A stretch of DNA of 64,000 nt from Geosiphon pyriformis uo1 (lineage: Eukaryota; Fungi; Glomeromycota). How positions within the stretch are numbered: the stretch's first letter is position 1; the number at the start of each line of letters is the position of its first letter. The notes beneath the pieces were generated by a model that saw only the letters and a list, made by a program, of their open reading frames with translations, was not told the origin of the DNA and did not search any database. The DNA is taken from the NCBI GenBank assembly GCA_016748015.1, contig JAAOMT010000031.1, positions 372,001 to 436,000 of the forward strand, in the 5' to 3' direction. Below are positions 1 through 18,819 of this stretch, one piece after another. The position numbers were made by a program, and so were the translations under genes.

Positions 1-1299
1 AAAATTTAAATAGCTTAAATAGATTAAAATTAAATCTTAAAGTGTACATCAAATGTTAAAAAGTATTTTTTTAGTAGTTGTATTAAATTAATTTATATAG
101 TATTTTAGATTAAGTAATAATATAAAAAATTATTTAATTTTAATATAAAAATAAGTATATTAGTTTTAATTAATTCAGATTTTAATTTTATGCTGGATTT
201 CTATTTAATAAATTACTACTATTTTTTTATTTAAGAATTTAAAGATTAGCTTAATGAGTTTTTCTTAATTTTTAATAGTTATTGAATAATTTTTCTGATA
301 AATGTTCTTTTATTTGATTTATTGTTTTTGTATAATGTTTTTGTTAAAATTGCTATTAATAGTTACTACTATACTAGTTCTCCAAGGAAAATTCTTATTA
401 TATCTTTATATTTTTAATTATGTCTTTTCTTAAAATTTTTGTAAATATATATTTTTTATATTGTACTAATATTAAACATCTGTATTTTTTTGTTTATAGT
501 AAAATAGTACTCTATTTTTAATAAATTTAAAGAAAATTAAAATTAAAAAATAGAATTCAATAAAATTAGTATTTGTAAAATAATTTTAATTAGAAATTAT
601 TATTTTTTTCAAGATATAAAAAACTTATTTTAAATTTTTAAGTTAACTGTTAATTTTGGCCAAGATATTATTACAAGTAGTTTTTAGATAATTTTATGTA
701 GTTTTTATCCTTTTAATATGTTTTCAATCTTGTTAAGTTTGAGTTTTGTTTATGTTTTGTTGATGTATTAGATGTTTTTATTATTGTTTTTATCAATAAA
801 AAGACAATAATAGAAAGAAGAAGTAATGGTCTTTTGAGTTATTTATGAAAGACCAGATTATCAAGAGAAAAGTCTTCAAGTTTACTAATTTTAGTATTAG
901 TGAATATTATAATACAAAGCTTGAAAAACACACTTTCTAGCTTTTTTTGAAATTATAATTTAATTCTTCTATTTTTTTTGTTTATTTTGTCTAATTAACT
1001 TTTTTTTTCTTTATTATTTTTTTTTGTCTGTTTTTTTCTTAGTTAAAAAGCTATTATATATATACATATTTCGAGTTATACATAATTATGTCTATTTTAA
1101 CTAATTAATAAATAATTGTTAAGATATTAGATTTTTTATTTAATTGTAAATATCACTTAGTTTACTTGTTTATAATTATATTAAATTAGATATATTTGTA
1201 TATGTTTTATATACTATCATATACATATTATATTTTTTAATTTTATTCATTAATCTGTACTATTTATACTATTATTTAATAATTGATTAATATATTATG

Positions 1300-2446
1300 A
1301 TATTATTATTTTTGATTTTTATTAATTTTTATCAGTTAATACTAAGTTCAAAAAATTATCAAAACCAATAGTAATATAAATAACATTATAATTAGTATTA
1401 AAAAATTTATTTACCAAGTTGGACAAAAAAAAATAAAATCAATAGTTTTTTTCATGTTTTTAAAGTTTTTTTAAATAGAAAACTTAACAAATAACTACCA
1501 ATTAAAGAATTAACTAAACTTAAATTTATACATTTTTTGAAGCTGGTACTATACTTAATATTATCCTTATTAAAGTTATTTTTTAAAATGACAAAAATAT
1601 TCTTATTATATGTACAAGCTATAAAAAAATTAACAATAACTTCTTGGTTCAAATATTTTTTCAAAAATATATTTATATATAACTTTAATATTGAAACTAA
1701 TTGTTTATTTTTAAACAATAAACAGATTACTAAAAGCTTATTAGAAATTTTTGAAATCTTTGAAACATGTTTAACTAAATGTTTATTTACAATTAAAACA
1801 ATACCAATATATTAATACTTAGAATTTAAACCAAAAGTAAATATTTTTACACCTAAAAACTTATTTGTAATCCAAAATTTAATATTAGGATAAAGCTTAA
1901 TTTTAATAATATTTAAAATATTTTTTAATTTATTATATTACTTAATATTATTATTTTGTTTAATAAAAATATTTATTTCTTTAATATTATATATAGCTAT
2001 TTTTTAAGCTAATCTATTTATTAAAAACAGAAAAAGAATATTATACTACTGTCTAAACTAAAAAACTCTAGTTTATTTATAATAAATTTAATTGAATCTT
2101 TTAAAACCACTATATCAGTCTCTAAACCACTAATTTTGATAATTAAAATTTTAAATTTACTATAAAACATGTCTTAATAGATATTAAAATTAATACACAA
2201 AACAGAAAAAATAGGCAATGACTTATTAATAATTATATTTAATACTAGATTAAAATTTAAAATAAGTATTTTTACAATATAGTTTTATGACAACAAAAAA
2301 AACTATTTAATTTGTAAAAAATTTTAACAATTCAATTAGACAAAAGTTCTAAAAAACACTTAAAAAAAGATGTTTTAAATTATTACTTATTACAAAAGCT
2401 TATATTATATTAATAAAAAATATTAGATTTATATTTTAGATTATTT
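1300..2446 (-). mobile_element. Heavily eroded LINE relic (end of ORF1 and endonuclease region of ORF2)
   Basis: ORF 1452..1718 (FVILKNNFNKD..STSFKKC.NL.LVNSL) is a G>A-eroded version of FIILGGDFNKN..CASFQKCLNMRLVNSL in the LINE-A ORF2 at 41797. Boundaries approximate. Confidence 0.65.
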
Positions 2447-2450
2447 ATAT

Positions 2451-3163
2451 TATTATAGTTAAAATTCATACTTTTTATTAGTTATCACATATATTAGTCA
2501 TTGATGTCATATAATTAGCCATCCTATTTTTAGATAGTAATTATTGACTTGATCAATAACTTGATCATTGACCTAATTATTAATTTGATCATTGATCTAG
2601 TCATTAATCTGATCATTGACCACTTTTAATAACTATATAAATAATAAGTCTCTTAGCTATAGAAAAACATGATCAAAATAATAAAATAAAATCTGTTATT
2701 AATTACTTTTTTTCATATTGCTTATTTCTTTTTTCCTACTTTTAAATATCTAAACATCTTAGAATAAAAGATTACTTATTGACATTTACATACTTTGTTT
2801 TTTTTCTTTCTTGATTTGTATTATTAGAATTAGCCTAAGAAGTGATTGCTTGCTTTTGTGATTCATTGAATAAAAAAATGATTGAAAACCACAATAATAC
2901 CTGTTATTGATTTTAAGAATCACTAAGTTAAGACATAGAATAATAGCAGCAATATTATTTTATTAACAATTACAGACTATTTTTCTATCTTTAGATTTTT
3001 AGAAAAGATTTGTAACTGTGATTTTTATAAGACTGATTATATATATTGAATTCTTACTCATTTAATTCACTTTTTTATTGTAATTTTTTCTTTGATTATT
3101 TCTATTATCCTATAATTCTGTTTTTTTTTGCTATCTATTAATTTGTTATTTTAATCTGTAATA
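2451..3163 (+). mobile_element. Solo LTR of the Gypsy-1 family, 4-bp TSD ATAT
   Basis: Both ends align in reverse complement to the LTRs at 31754-32432 and 38736-39389. Termini are eroded TG..CA (tattatag...tgtaata). ATAT at 2447-2450 and 3164-3167. Confidence 0.85.
2539..2622 (+). repeat. Seven degenerate copies of a 12-bp unit (gatcattgacct) inside the solo LTR
   Basis: Read directly; the same array occurs with 5 and 3 copies in the Gypsy-1 LTRs. Confidence 0.85.
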
Positions 3164-3355
3164 ATATTATTAAGTTTATAATAAAATAATTAAATTATAA
3201 TAAAATTTTTAACTATAAATTTTTTAATAATATGTAATTGCATTCTTATAAAAATTAACTTTTTTACAAAAACTTCAATTATAAATTACTTAATAATATA
3301 AATATTTTTATTAAATAAAAATTTTTTCTATTTAAATTTGAAGTTAATTAAACTA

Positions 3356-6300
3356 TTTTTTATTATTATTACATTTAATAAATAAGATCCAAATACTATT
3401 TAGTATAATATATTAAATTAAATAATTTAAACTAAGTATTAATTATATATTTTATTATACATAATTAGTTATTTAGATCAATTAAAGTAATATTATATAT
3501 CTATATATACAAAAATCATGTTTTTAATATTCAAAAAAAATAAATACAACTTATATATACTAAAACCAATTCCCAAAGCCTCTAAAATTTTAAGTATTTT
3601 AATTATACTATTAAACAACACAGATAACAAATTAATAATAACTACAAAAACAGTATTATTATATAGAATAAAACTTTTTTTCTTTATAAAAACCCAATAC
3701 TTAGAATAAACAAGCCAAATATTATTCTTATTAGCCAAACCAAAACCATATACAAAGTTTGCAATTTTTTTATTGGCAATTTTAATATTATTAAAAACTA
3801 AAAAAAACTCTTAAAACCAATATTTATAAATAAACTTCTTATATAAAACTAAATATACTAAAATATTAAAGTAATATAAAACAAACTATTATAAAACACA
3901 TAAAAAAGATTTAAACAAACCAAAAACTATTTTTTACATAGCCACATAAGTGTTTAGCAGTTTTTTATAAGATTTATTATTTAATTTATAAGAAAAAACA
4001 TGATCTAAAAACTTAATATTTTTATAGAATAAATATAAAACATTATAATAATACTTATTATATAAATATTTGTAAACAGTTACAGATAGTCTATAATATA
4101 AAATTTTTATAAAATAAAAATATATATCAGTTATAATCTTGCTTATAAATTCTGCTAATATGTGAAAATTAGAATGTTATATCAACAAAAATCTAATTTA
4201 ATTCATATTTTCAAATAAGTTAGTATCTAAAACATAAACATTAAATTTAATCTCTTAATAAACATAATAAATTACTTAAAAAACTTTATAAATTAAATAC
4301 TTTATATTTTTTAAAACAATTATGCTATTAGCTTTAATAAAATGTTTTTGTATGTAAACTAAAAGTATTACATCTGAAAATAAGATTGTATTAATTAAAG
4401 CATTAATTCATTGTCTAATATATTCAAATAGTCTTTAACTTTGTGTTAATTAATAATTAAGTTTTTATATTTAATAATATTCATAATATATTAATGTTTA
4501 ATTTAATAATAATTATAAAAATCTAACAAAACCAAAGCCAATTTTAAATAATATGCATTTAAGATTGTTTGGCTATTAAAAAATACATCAACTGCACATA
4601 AAAAAAAAACATATTACAAAGCAAGTATTATAGTCTGCAACTTAATTATAATAGAAAAAACTAATTTAAACATCTTAATACTTAAACTTAAACCAATATT
4701 TTTAAAAAAAACTATTGTATTAATTTTTATTACAAAAATATTCAGACTATTAAGAAAATTAATATAAACAAAAAAGCAAATTATGTTAATATTTAACAGT
4801 TATTTACAAATTAAATTAAAATTATGTGAACTAAAAATGTTCAAAAATTGAAAACTAACAGTCAAATAAAAAAATAAAAAAGCAAGAGACTGATCTATTT
4901 AAAAATTTAATAGCAAATTTGAACCAAACTGGGAAAAGACTTTAAAAATTCAATTTTTTTCAATATTTAAAAGTTTTTTAATTAAAAATATTATTTTTTT
5001 TATTACATAATTGTTTAACAAAAACAATACTAAACTATTTAAGCAAACAAAACATCTCAAAGAAAACAGACTTATCCAAAACAGTCAACATTAGAGTTTT
5101 ACTCTAAAATTAAAATATTAAATATAAAAAATTAGCCAAAAACAAATTATAACCATAAAAAATATGAACCACATCAACCAAAAAATTGTTTAATAAATTA
5201 ATCTTTAAACAAGTTAAATAATACAAAGAATAATAAGAAAACCAACTCAAAACTTGTAAGTTAAAAAACTTATAAGTAAATAAATAACTTAAAATATCAT
5301 ATATATTAAAAAAATTCAACACAAAAATCAACTTGCTTTCAATTTGTATTTGTTTAAAAGTCTTTAAGCTATATAATAAAAAATAATAAATTGCATTATT
5401 TAAAAAGTTTAAAAGTAAACAAAACTTAGATTTTAGGTTTTATAAATTATAATATCTTATTTATTACACATTTTATTAAAAACAAAACTAAATTGAATCT
5501 TATAACTAATGATTAAATAATGTATTACTAAAACCAATACAGAAACTATTTGTCAAAAATAGCTTTTTTTAAAACTTTATTAGCAAAAAATTTAATATTT
5601 GAATAAATTTTTGTCAAATTAAACTTAGATAAACTCTTTGTTAAAAGAAAAATATTCAAATATCTATAAGATTTTTTTTATTTAGTCATTAAATTAGCAA
5701 ACTACTAATTAACAAAAAAGAATTTATTATTCTGTGGTTAATTAAAATAGTCACAGTTTTATTATTATTGATTGAAATATTGTTAATCTAAAAAAACTTA
5801 CTTGTAATATTCAAAATATACTGAATTGTTATTTAATTGTTGACTATCTAAATAGTATTGTTAATAAATATACCAGTAACAAAAAAAGATATAAGATTAG
5901 CCTGGCTTTTTATATATCTTGTCTTAGTCTCAAATTTAGAATTAACTTTATATCTATACATATTTTTTTGCTTTTTAACTTTATATAAAAAAAAATTATA
6001 AAAAATATGCTAAAAAAAAAGAAAAAACATTTCACTTTGATTTAATCTATTATGTATCTAATATCTGCTTATTAAGTTAAAATTAGTTATAATTTGATTA
6101 ATATGATTATTATAAATACTATCAAAAAATTTAACAAATTTGTTATATATTTTAACATAAATTAAACTTTTTCTTAAGTATATTCAATTTATTGAATTAT
6201 ATGCTTTGTGTATATTTTGCAAAACAATTAAAGTTCACAATTTTTTTTTAGAGTGTCTTTTACTATTAAACCAATAACAAAAATTTAAGATTATATAGTT

Positions 6301-9300
6301 ATTTTTTTTAAAACTAAGAAATTGTTATTATAAAATATATTATGCTTATTATAGACTGAAAAAATTCTATTTGACAAAACTTTAAATTAATTAAAACTTT
6401 TTTTTATTTATATAGTTTAAGAATTATTAACACTTAGGCTTTTTTTTAAAACTGAAAAACTAATTTATATATTAAATAATTATTAAAAAGATTTAACAAA
6501 AGACTTAGAACTGAAAAATTACAATGTTTTTAAAGTTTATTAAGTATTTTAGACAAATCAAAAACCTTTCTATCTAGCAACTCCAATATAATATTTAGTA
6601 TTTTATCAAAGTCAATTTTGTTTATATCATTAAAAAAAACATTATTTGTTATATAAATTAAAAACAAATATTATTAATACTAAATATTTAGAATATTTTC
6701 TATTATTACTTGCTTTTTTATTTATTTTTTCATAATTGAATTCATTTAAGACTTAATTTTATCAAATTCTAAAACAAAATTTTTTTTATTTAGCAAATAA
6801 TTTAAAACTACTTTGTAAAAAAAGCACTTCAAACCATTTCTAATAATATAATTTTTATTAATAATAGCACAAATTTTTACAACTTTAGCATATTAAAATT
6901 CAGCAAGCTTAAATATATAATACATTTTCTTAATCTTAATCAATTTAGATCTAATTATATTTAGATTAATATTTAATATCAAAAAATCTTATACATAATA
7001 TGTATATTGGGCATTAAATGATAATTAATAAGCAATTAAGTTGTTTAACTTATAACTAAAGCCCAAATATAAAGTTTGAAAAATTTTAAATACCAGAATT
7101 TTCAACTTATAAAACCAAAACAAAACTTTAGTAAAAATTTTATTAAAATTCTTGCTTTAAGATTTAAAAAAAATTTATTAATTAAAAAACTAACAATCTT
7201 TTTAATAGTATTCTATATAAAATTTAAATCAGAAAATTTTTTTAAAAGACCAAAATTTTTACTAAACATAGCAATATTTACCAATATAGTATTCTTAACT
7301 CAGATCTATTTGACCATTAACTTTTTTGAAGTTATATTTTTATTGGTTCTTGTTAGTTTATTTGTAAAAACTACATAAATATTTATCTAAAATATTACTT
7401 AAATTAATTAAAATGAAAACAACAAGATAGTTTGTATTAAAAAAGTTATTTATATTTAAAACTCTTTTGTTGGTAAAAATATTAATAAGATTAAACAATG
7501 TAAAAATATAATTAATTGTTTTTTTAACTTTTTGTAAATTTTTTTAAGTAAAAATTTTCATAAATAAACTTTCAAATAAAAAATTAACAAAATCAAAATC
7601 TCTATACTTCTTAAAACTAATACTGTATTTGATACTATTTTTATTGAAATTACTATTTAAAACAATAAAAGTATTTTTATTATATGTTTCAATAATAATA
7701 GAATTAATAACAAGTGTCAAATTCAAATGTTTTTTAAAAAATATATCTATATAGAATTCTAATACCAATATTAACTATTTGTTTTTAAATAGCAAATAAA
7801 TTATCAAAAATTTTTCTAGAATTTTTATAACTTTTAAAACATGTTAAACCAAATAATTATTTATGATAATTATAATATTAATATTTATAAAACTAGTATT
7901 TAAATTAAAAACAAAAACTCTAATTTTACTAAACTTATTTACAATCTAAGATTTAATATTAGAATATAATTTTGTTTTTATAATTATCAAAATATTATTC
8001 TTAGATTCTTTATATTATTTAAAAATATTATTCTACTTAATAGAATTGTTTATTTTTTTAATATTACACATAATAATTCTTTAGATAAAACTAGTTATTA
8101 AGATATTAAAAAAAATACATCATAAATCAAATTTATAATTAAGCTAAAAAAAATTTTTAATTATGTTTCCAACTTAATTATATTTAAAAATAATAAAAAA
8201 CTTAGTTTTATAGTAATTTTACTACTAGTAAATATATCTAAACTCTTATTTGTTACTATATTACCCACTTAATTATGTGATAAAAAAATCACTAACAGTT
8301 AATATTTAGAGTTAAGCTAAAAAATTGTTAATACAAATATGTTTAATTTTTTAGCCAATTTATTAATTTGTCTTATAAAACTAACAAAACTGTCTTCAAT
8401 TTTGGAAAACCATAATTCAAAATTATTAAAAATTATTAAAAAAAATTTAACATTATTTAAAGAACTAAACTGAGAAAAAATATCAAAAAACACATAAAAA
8501 AAAGCTTATTAATAACAAATGCTCAAGATTTATTACTAAAAACAACCAAAAAGATAATAAAAGCAGACTTTTTTGTGTAGATATAAGTTAACTTAATTTG
8601 ATTTAAAGCTAAAAAAAAAGTTTTTTTTTTAAGCATTAATTTATTATTAATTAAAACATAATTAAGAAAAATATGGCCAAACTTATTGTAAACTAAGCAA
8701 AAAGTTAAAGATAAATAAAACCAATGAAAAATAACATTTTTTATAATAAGAGCCATAGTTATTGTTTTAATCAAAATTTTTTTAAAGTTAAAATATACAG
8801 TAATGTATTTAATATAAGTATAATTAACCAAATTACAATTAATAATATATAATTTTTTACTAATTAAACCAATAAATTCTAAATATTTGTTTTTATAAAA
8901 AGTATATAAAGCAAAGCTTTAAACTTATTTCGAAAATTTTATGGCTATTTATTAATATTAGCTCTAACTACATAGATTGTATTTTGTTTAATAAAAATTA
9001 ACTACTTAAATATTAAAAAATTAGCCTAATTTTAATTATTTATTTTTATAAATACTTTTTGTTACAGTTTTATCAATTGTATTTTAATCAACTTAATAGT
9101 ATTATAATTAGTAAGTACAGCTTATACAGTCTTTACAAACGTTTTTACAGTAATTTTTTTTATAATAATTGTCTGATTTATATAATTGTTTATTAAATAT
9201 TTGAAATTAGTATTTATTTTAACATTATAATTATTTGTTAAATTAATCATAATTAATATTGCTTTTTCTAAAGTAAAAAATACCTAAATAATTCTCCTAA

Positions 9301-10010
9301 ATTTTAAGAGAGTAAAAACCCTCTCAAAACTATTTATATTAAAAAATATATTTTTAACAATTTTTAATTTATTCTGAGCTAACTTTTTAGTTATGGCCAA
9401 AGATTAATATTCAAAGCAAATAACTTGTAACTAGAATATAAATTAAAAATTTAAATAAAAATTTAAATAAAAAAAAAAAAAAAAAAAAAATTCATTTAAA
9501 ATATTATTTTTATTATTATTACTAATATTAAAATTAATCTGTTTAAGAAAATTTTTAAGAATATGCTTAATAATAATTCTGTTTGGCTCTTTGAAAGTTA
9601 TGTTAATATTTTTTTGCTTTAACTTATTATCACTATTAAGCTAAAAACTAGTTTTTTTAACAAAAAACTCTTTTTTCAAATTTATGCTTTTTGTATTAGT
9701 AGTATTATTAATAATTAAACCACTTATTTTGTTAATCTTAAATAATTTTTAAGAAATACCAACATTAACTTAAATAGTTAAATCTTTTAGAATATTTTTT
9801 TTATGTTTTTTTTTGGCAAACAACTCCAAAATTACAGAATTAGCACCAAATTTTTTTTTGGACTTTTTTATACTCAAATTATTGCTAGCATTAGCAATCT
9901 TGTAGTCAAATAAAAAAAGTTTTGAAATATCTAACTAAATGGTAAAAAATAACAGAAAAAACTTTTTTTAAAGTAAAAATTTTGTTAATTTGTAACAACT
10001 AATTAATTTA
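3356..10010 (-). mobile_element. Eroded, roughly full-length LINE relic (possibly with an unrelated insert near 5750-6300)
   Basis: Reverse complement of the LINE 3' UTR at ~3356-3500; EN-like remnant in ORF 7544..7768; ORF1-like remnant in 8523..8831. Span is similar to the 6.7-kb LINE at 39850. Boundaries approximate. Confidence 0.65.
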
Positions 10011-10011
10011 A

Positions 10012-10062
10012 AACTTAATAAAATTAATTTTTAACTTAATAAAATTAATTTTTAACTTAATA
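10012..10062. repeat. 21-bp tandem repeat (aacttaataaaattaattttt) x2.4
   Basis: Read directly. Confidence 0.8.
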
Positions 10063-10535
10063 TAATTTTTTTAAAAAAGAAGTTCTTTTTTTATACATAC
10101 ATTGTTATAATACTATTTTAAGTTTTAACACTTTTTTTTAATATTTTAATAATTTATAAATTATATACAGTTTTATATTAATAAATTAAACCCAATAAAA
10201 AATCCAATAAACAGATTTTGTATGCCAATGTAAAAAAACCATTAATAAAATATTCAACACAAATTAAACCATTAGAGCTAATATTAGATTTGAACAGCTT
10301 TAAACAACATTTTTTACACAACCAAAAAATAAATATTTTGGTCATATTCTCTTGTTTGATATTGACATGTTACATACTTTTGACCTATTAATGAAGACAT
10401 GGTAAAATAGTTGAATAAGAATATTTTGATTGATATTAAATAGTTTTACAAAAGAATGTTTACCTTTCAGGATCTCTGGGTCACACTTTACGAATTTCTT
10501 TACTACCTTTTAACTTAAAGTTCAAATAGAAACTT

Positions 10536-14535
<4,000 letters not shown>

Positions 14536-14684
14536 TATTTATAGTGATCTGAGATGCGCTGGATCAGATATAAATTCTCACGCGTAGTCACATTCCCAAA
14601 AATAAGATTCTAGTCATTTTCGACCATTCTTGAGCACGCAAAGTCTGAAATCGTATTTACAAGACAACCCGAAAAGAGTCGATA
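14536..14684. promoter_or_regulatory. 149-bp divergent (bidirectional) promoter region between ALA1 and the PTPA gene
   Basis: Head-to-head ATGs at 14535 (-) and 14685 (+); CpG retained; ACGCGT at 14580-14585. Confidence 0.7.
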
Positions 14685-16309
14685 ATGTCCTTTGCAAAAG
14701 GCCCTCCTTTCATCTTCACTATACCAACAAAAAAAATATTAACAAAGGAAGATTTGCAGAGGTTTCAAGAATCTTCGGCATACAATGAGTATCTTGGGTT
14801 CATAGAAAGGCTTAACAGCTCAGTTCAGGGGCTAATGCTGAGTTCGGACTGCGTCATTTCCCAAGTATCTAGGCTTTTCACTTTTTGGTTTTATTTCTCC
14901 TAAAAGTCTAGAATGGCTCAAGTTTATTTATTTATTCAAAATAGCCAGTTGAAAACATAATTGCCATACTTGATACAGTAAATTCCTATTGTCAGGAAAT
15001 ACCTCCCGTGCAAAACGAAAAGAGCCGCTTTGGTAATCCTGCTTTCAAGGATTTTTATGATCGCGTTCAAGACGTAATTTTTTTGGTTTATTTATCGCGA
15101 AACCATCCGGGGTTTTTTTTGAATTTTTCCTCATTTTTCAGACGGTCACTCAACTTTATGAAAGCCTTCCCTTGCCCCTTTCAGCTATACCGGAGTTATC
15201 GCGGTATTTTGTGGAAAGTTGGGGTAATCGCACCCGAATTGATTACGGAACAGGACATGAAGCTAACTTCGTAGCATGGCTGTAACTTAATTTTGGGTAT
15301 TTAAATGTTTACTATGTATAAAGTTCGTATTAACTAAAACAAATTTCTTAAATTCCCAAAGTCTTTGTCTGGAAAAATTAGGACTAATTGGCCCTGATGA
15401 CTATCAGGGGATTGTATTGCGTGTCTTTCAAAAGTAAAAATGTTCTGTTCTTGATTTCTTATACAAAGCATTGTTTCGCACTATATTAATAATAAAAATT
15501 TGTTTATACAGATACCTAGAAGTAATGCGAAATTTACAATTTCAATATTGGTTGGAACCAGCAGGGTCCCATGGCGTATGGGGTCTAGATGATTATCACT
15601 TTCTCCCATTCCTGTTCGGATCAGCTCAATTAATGAGTATGGAGTTAAGAGATCCCATGATTGTTTGAGTAAGAAAAAATAGAACTTGTCCTTCAAATAA
15701 GTTTTCTTTTACTAGACCATAAACATATCCGGCCGAAATCCATCCATGATAAAGATGTCGTGGATGAATATTCGAAAGATTATATGTATTTGGCTTGTAT
15801 TAAATTTATAAATTCGGTATGTCCAGTCAGTAGAACCAGTTCGAATTTGAAAACTTTTGACGAGAATACGATTAAATTTTTTGCCTTAATCATAGGTGAA
15901 AACTGCCTCCTTAGAATGGAATTCGCCAATGCTTAACGATATTTCTGGCGTCAAAGTAATATAAATTTCGTCTTTCTCGATAATTTTGGAACGCTTTATA
16001 AAACTCATCTTTGTTAACTTTTGACTTCGGTAGACTTGGAAGAAGGTTAATGAGGGAATGATAAAAATGTACAAAGCCGAAGTACTTGGTAAGTTACCCA
16101 TAATGCAACATTTTATGTTTGGGTCTCTGATCAGTTTTGAAGGAAGTATCACCTCTGATGGACTTGACGAAGATGAACATGATCATGCCCATATTCATGC
16201 ATTTGGAGAAGAATTTCCTGATTGTTGTGGGATAAAAATACCAAGTGCAATTGGAGCCAGTCAAATATCTATAAGACAAGGAGGTCAAAGGCGTTTACCG
16301 TTTGATTAA
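14685..16309 (+). CDS. RRD2: Phosphotyrosyl phosphatase activator (PTPA, Rrd2/Ypa2-type), 8 exons: 14685-14864, 14945-15073, 15142-15281, 15362-15433, 15512-15636, 15716-15816, 15896-15955, 16034-16309
   Basis: PTPA motifs [55 protein letters not shown]-terminal [14 protein letters not shown] is typical of the Rrd2 paralogue. GT-AG introns restore the frame. Confidence 0.93.
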
Positions 16310-18819
16310 ATATGACAATTCATTATTACTTGTTTGAGGATTTAAGTTTACATGCTGCATCTCAGGATTCAAAGCCTTAATCATGACTCGTCTAACAGAT
16401 TCTAACCTTTATGCTTCAAATCCGAGTAAAATGGATCATCAAAGAAAATTTATTCATCCTGCCCCAAATCCAATTTCTGTCGATGGCTTTTCCCTCTGGG
16501 ATTTGTATAGGAAACTTTATTTTGCAGAGATGAAAAAAGTTGTGCAAAAAGAAATTCATCATAATAACATTCATTCTATCTAAAATCAGCTAACGTCAAA
16601 TTACGAGTATATTGCCGAGCATTTCTTGGGGTTCTATCATTATATTAAATCATTCACCTTTGTGAAAATTGTCATTGTACAAAGGTTTATGGCATCATCT
16701 TTTGGATCAGAGATCTTGTTTCATAGAATCTGGGAAGTTGAAATAACGAATCGTCAGAATTTGTATATAAAACTGCAGAAGTGAAATCCTGGAATAAAGG
16801 AAAACGGATCACCTTTTTTGGAATTCTTAATGCACAAATTTTGTTTAAGAAACCTAAATTTCTATTCATTTGATGAGGCAAATCTTCGTACAAGTTTTTG
16901 CTATTAGATCAAGTCGCAAAATATCAAATTAATTCTTATAGTTAAAAAAGTATTTCTTTAATCAAACCAATTTATTTATCTTGAAAAAAACCACTTATAA
17001 ATATTATTAAAAATCTCAAAAGATTTTTTTTACATATTAAAAAGTTATTCTGCAAAAATAAATCTTTATTAAAAGATAATCAATTATATATAATTATAAT
17101 TAATCAAAAAATTAAATTTTTTTTATTGTGTGACCTTTCTATTGACTATGCTAATTACAACAAAGTTACTATAGACATCCAAATCTAAGTTAATAAATAT
17201 TCATCTATTTTTTAAACCAAAAGCACTTAATGTTTTATTCTTATCAAAGTAATTAACAAATATTTGTTTATTTTTAACATACTTATATATTTATTTTTTA
17301 GTTGTATTTTTGCAAAAAAAAAAATTTTGCATATTTTACATTTTATAGATAATTACAACCAACATACTACTATTATTAATAATAATAATAATACTTATTT
17401 ATTTAGCAGTTTTATTTGTGTTTGATTTAATACTAACTAATTAATATTCTTAAAAAATCAACAATTAAATATAAATATTTTTATCTAAAGTATCTAAATT
17501 ATTAATAAAACCATCTATATAATTAGTTTTAATATTAATTTTAATTTTAATTTTAATTAATTTTCTGTTAACTTTATTTAAGAATTTACCAAAATAAACA
17601 TCTTATTTTAAATTATAATAATCATATTTTTTAGTTTTTTATATAAAACAAAAAAAGTGTTCAATAAAATAATAATCAAAATAATCAATAAATTAATTAG
17701 TTTAACAACTAATTTAATCAAAGTGACCAAATTAAAAATCTGAAATTTCAAAAAATTTAATTTATATTTAAACAAAAAACTTAAAGCAATTAACAAATCT
17801 GAAAAAAAACTTGAAAAAAAAATAATAATAATATTTTATAATTTAAAAACAAATAATTCAAACTTTAATACTTATAACAAAATTAATATTCAAAAGTTTT
17901 TTATTAATATATTTATACAAAATACTAGTTTTTAAAACTAAATTCAAAATTTCCAAAAAATCAAAAATTACAACAAATTATTAACAATAATAAAAATTAA
18001 AAATTAAAAAAGCAAAGAATAAAACATATTTAACTATTAACTTAAAAAATCAAATTACTGATTTAAAAACAAATTAATTAAAAAAAATTATTTAATTTGG
18101 TTTTAAAAATGTTTCTTAAAATATTAATTTTTTTTTAATAAAAAAATTTTAATATTGTTTTTTATTAATACAGACTAATAAATAAGAATAATAACAACAA
18201 AAAAAAGTTTTTAAAATAAATAACAGTATATTATTATAAGTTAGCAAATTTTAACTTAATTAAAATAACAATACTAAAAACACTAAAAATATTTTTAATG
18301 TTATCAAAAAATATATTTAAAAAAATATTATAAAATATAATAAAAAATTAAAAAAAAGCAAAAACTATTATAAAAAACTTTACAATCTTAAATTTTTTTT
18401 ATGTTTAATAAATAAAATCTAAATACAATTTAATATAATATATTAACTAGTATATTAATACTGATTATTATAATTAAAAGTTTTAAAAAAAATTATTCTT
18501 TCTAAAGAGAAATTTATTAAGTAACTTAAACTAAATATAAATTATATATTTAGCTATATGTAATCATTATTTAAACCAATTAAAACAATATTATATATCT
18601 ATATACATAAAAACTATGTTTTTAATACTTAAAAAAAATGAACACAATTTGCATATATTAAAATTAATTTTAAATATCTTAAAAATTTTAAGCAGTTTAA
18701 TTATACTTCTAAACAACACAAATAATAAACCAGTAACAATCACAAAAAAAATTCTATTACATAAAATAAAACTACTCTTTTCTATAAAAATTTAATATTT
18801 AAAATAAACAAACCAAATA

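Noticed and set aside
1-1300. Possible Gypsy gag/LTR relic (also 16920-18380)
   Set aside because: Only faint resemblance to Gypsy-1 segments; too eroded to define termini or domains by eye.
2539-2622. Repeat arrays here and at 63279-63430 as CRISPR arrays
   Set aside because: Tandem units without unique spacers, inside LTRs, in eukaryotic DNA, with no cas genes.
1452-8831. Short F/L/I/K/N-rich ORFs as genes or organellar (mitochondrial) DNA
   Set aside because: They are eroded LINE remnants or their antisense frames; the composition follows from AT richness and no organellar gene is recognisable.
9469-9490. 22-nt poly(A) as a retrocopy tail
   Set aside because: It lies inside a minus-strand LINE relic with no associated 3' UTR or clear TSD; more likely a homopolymer expansion.
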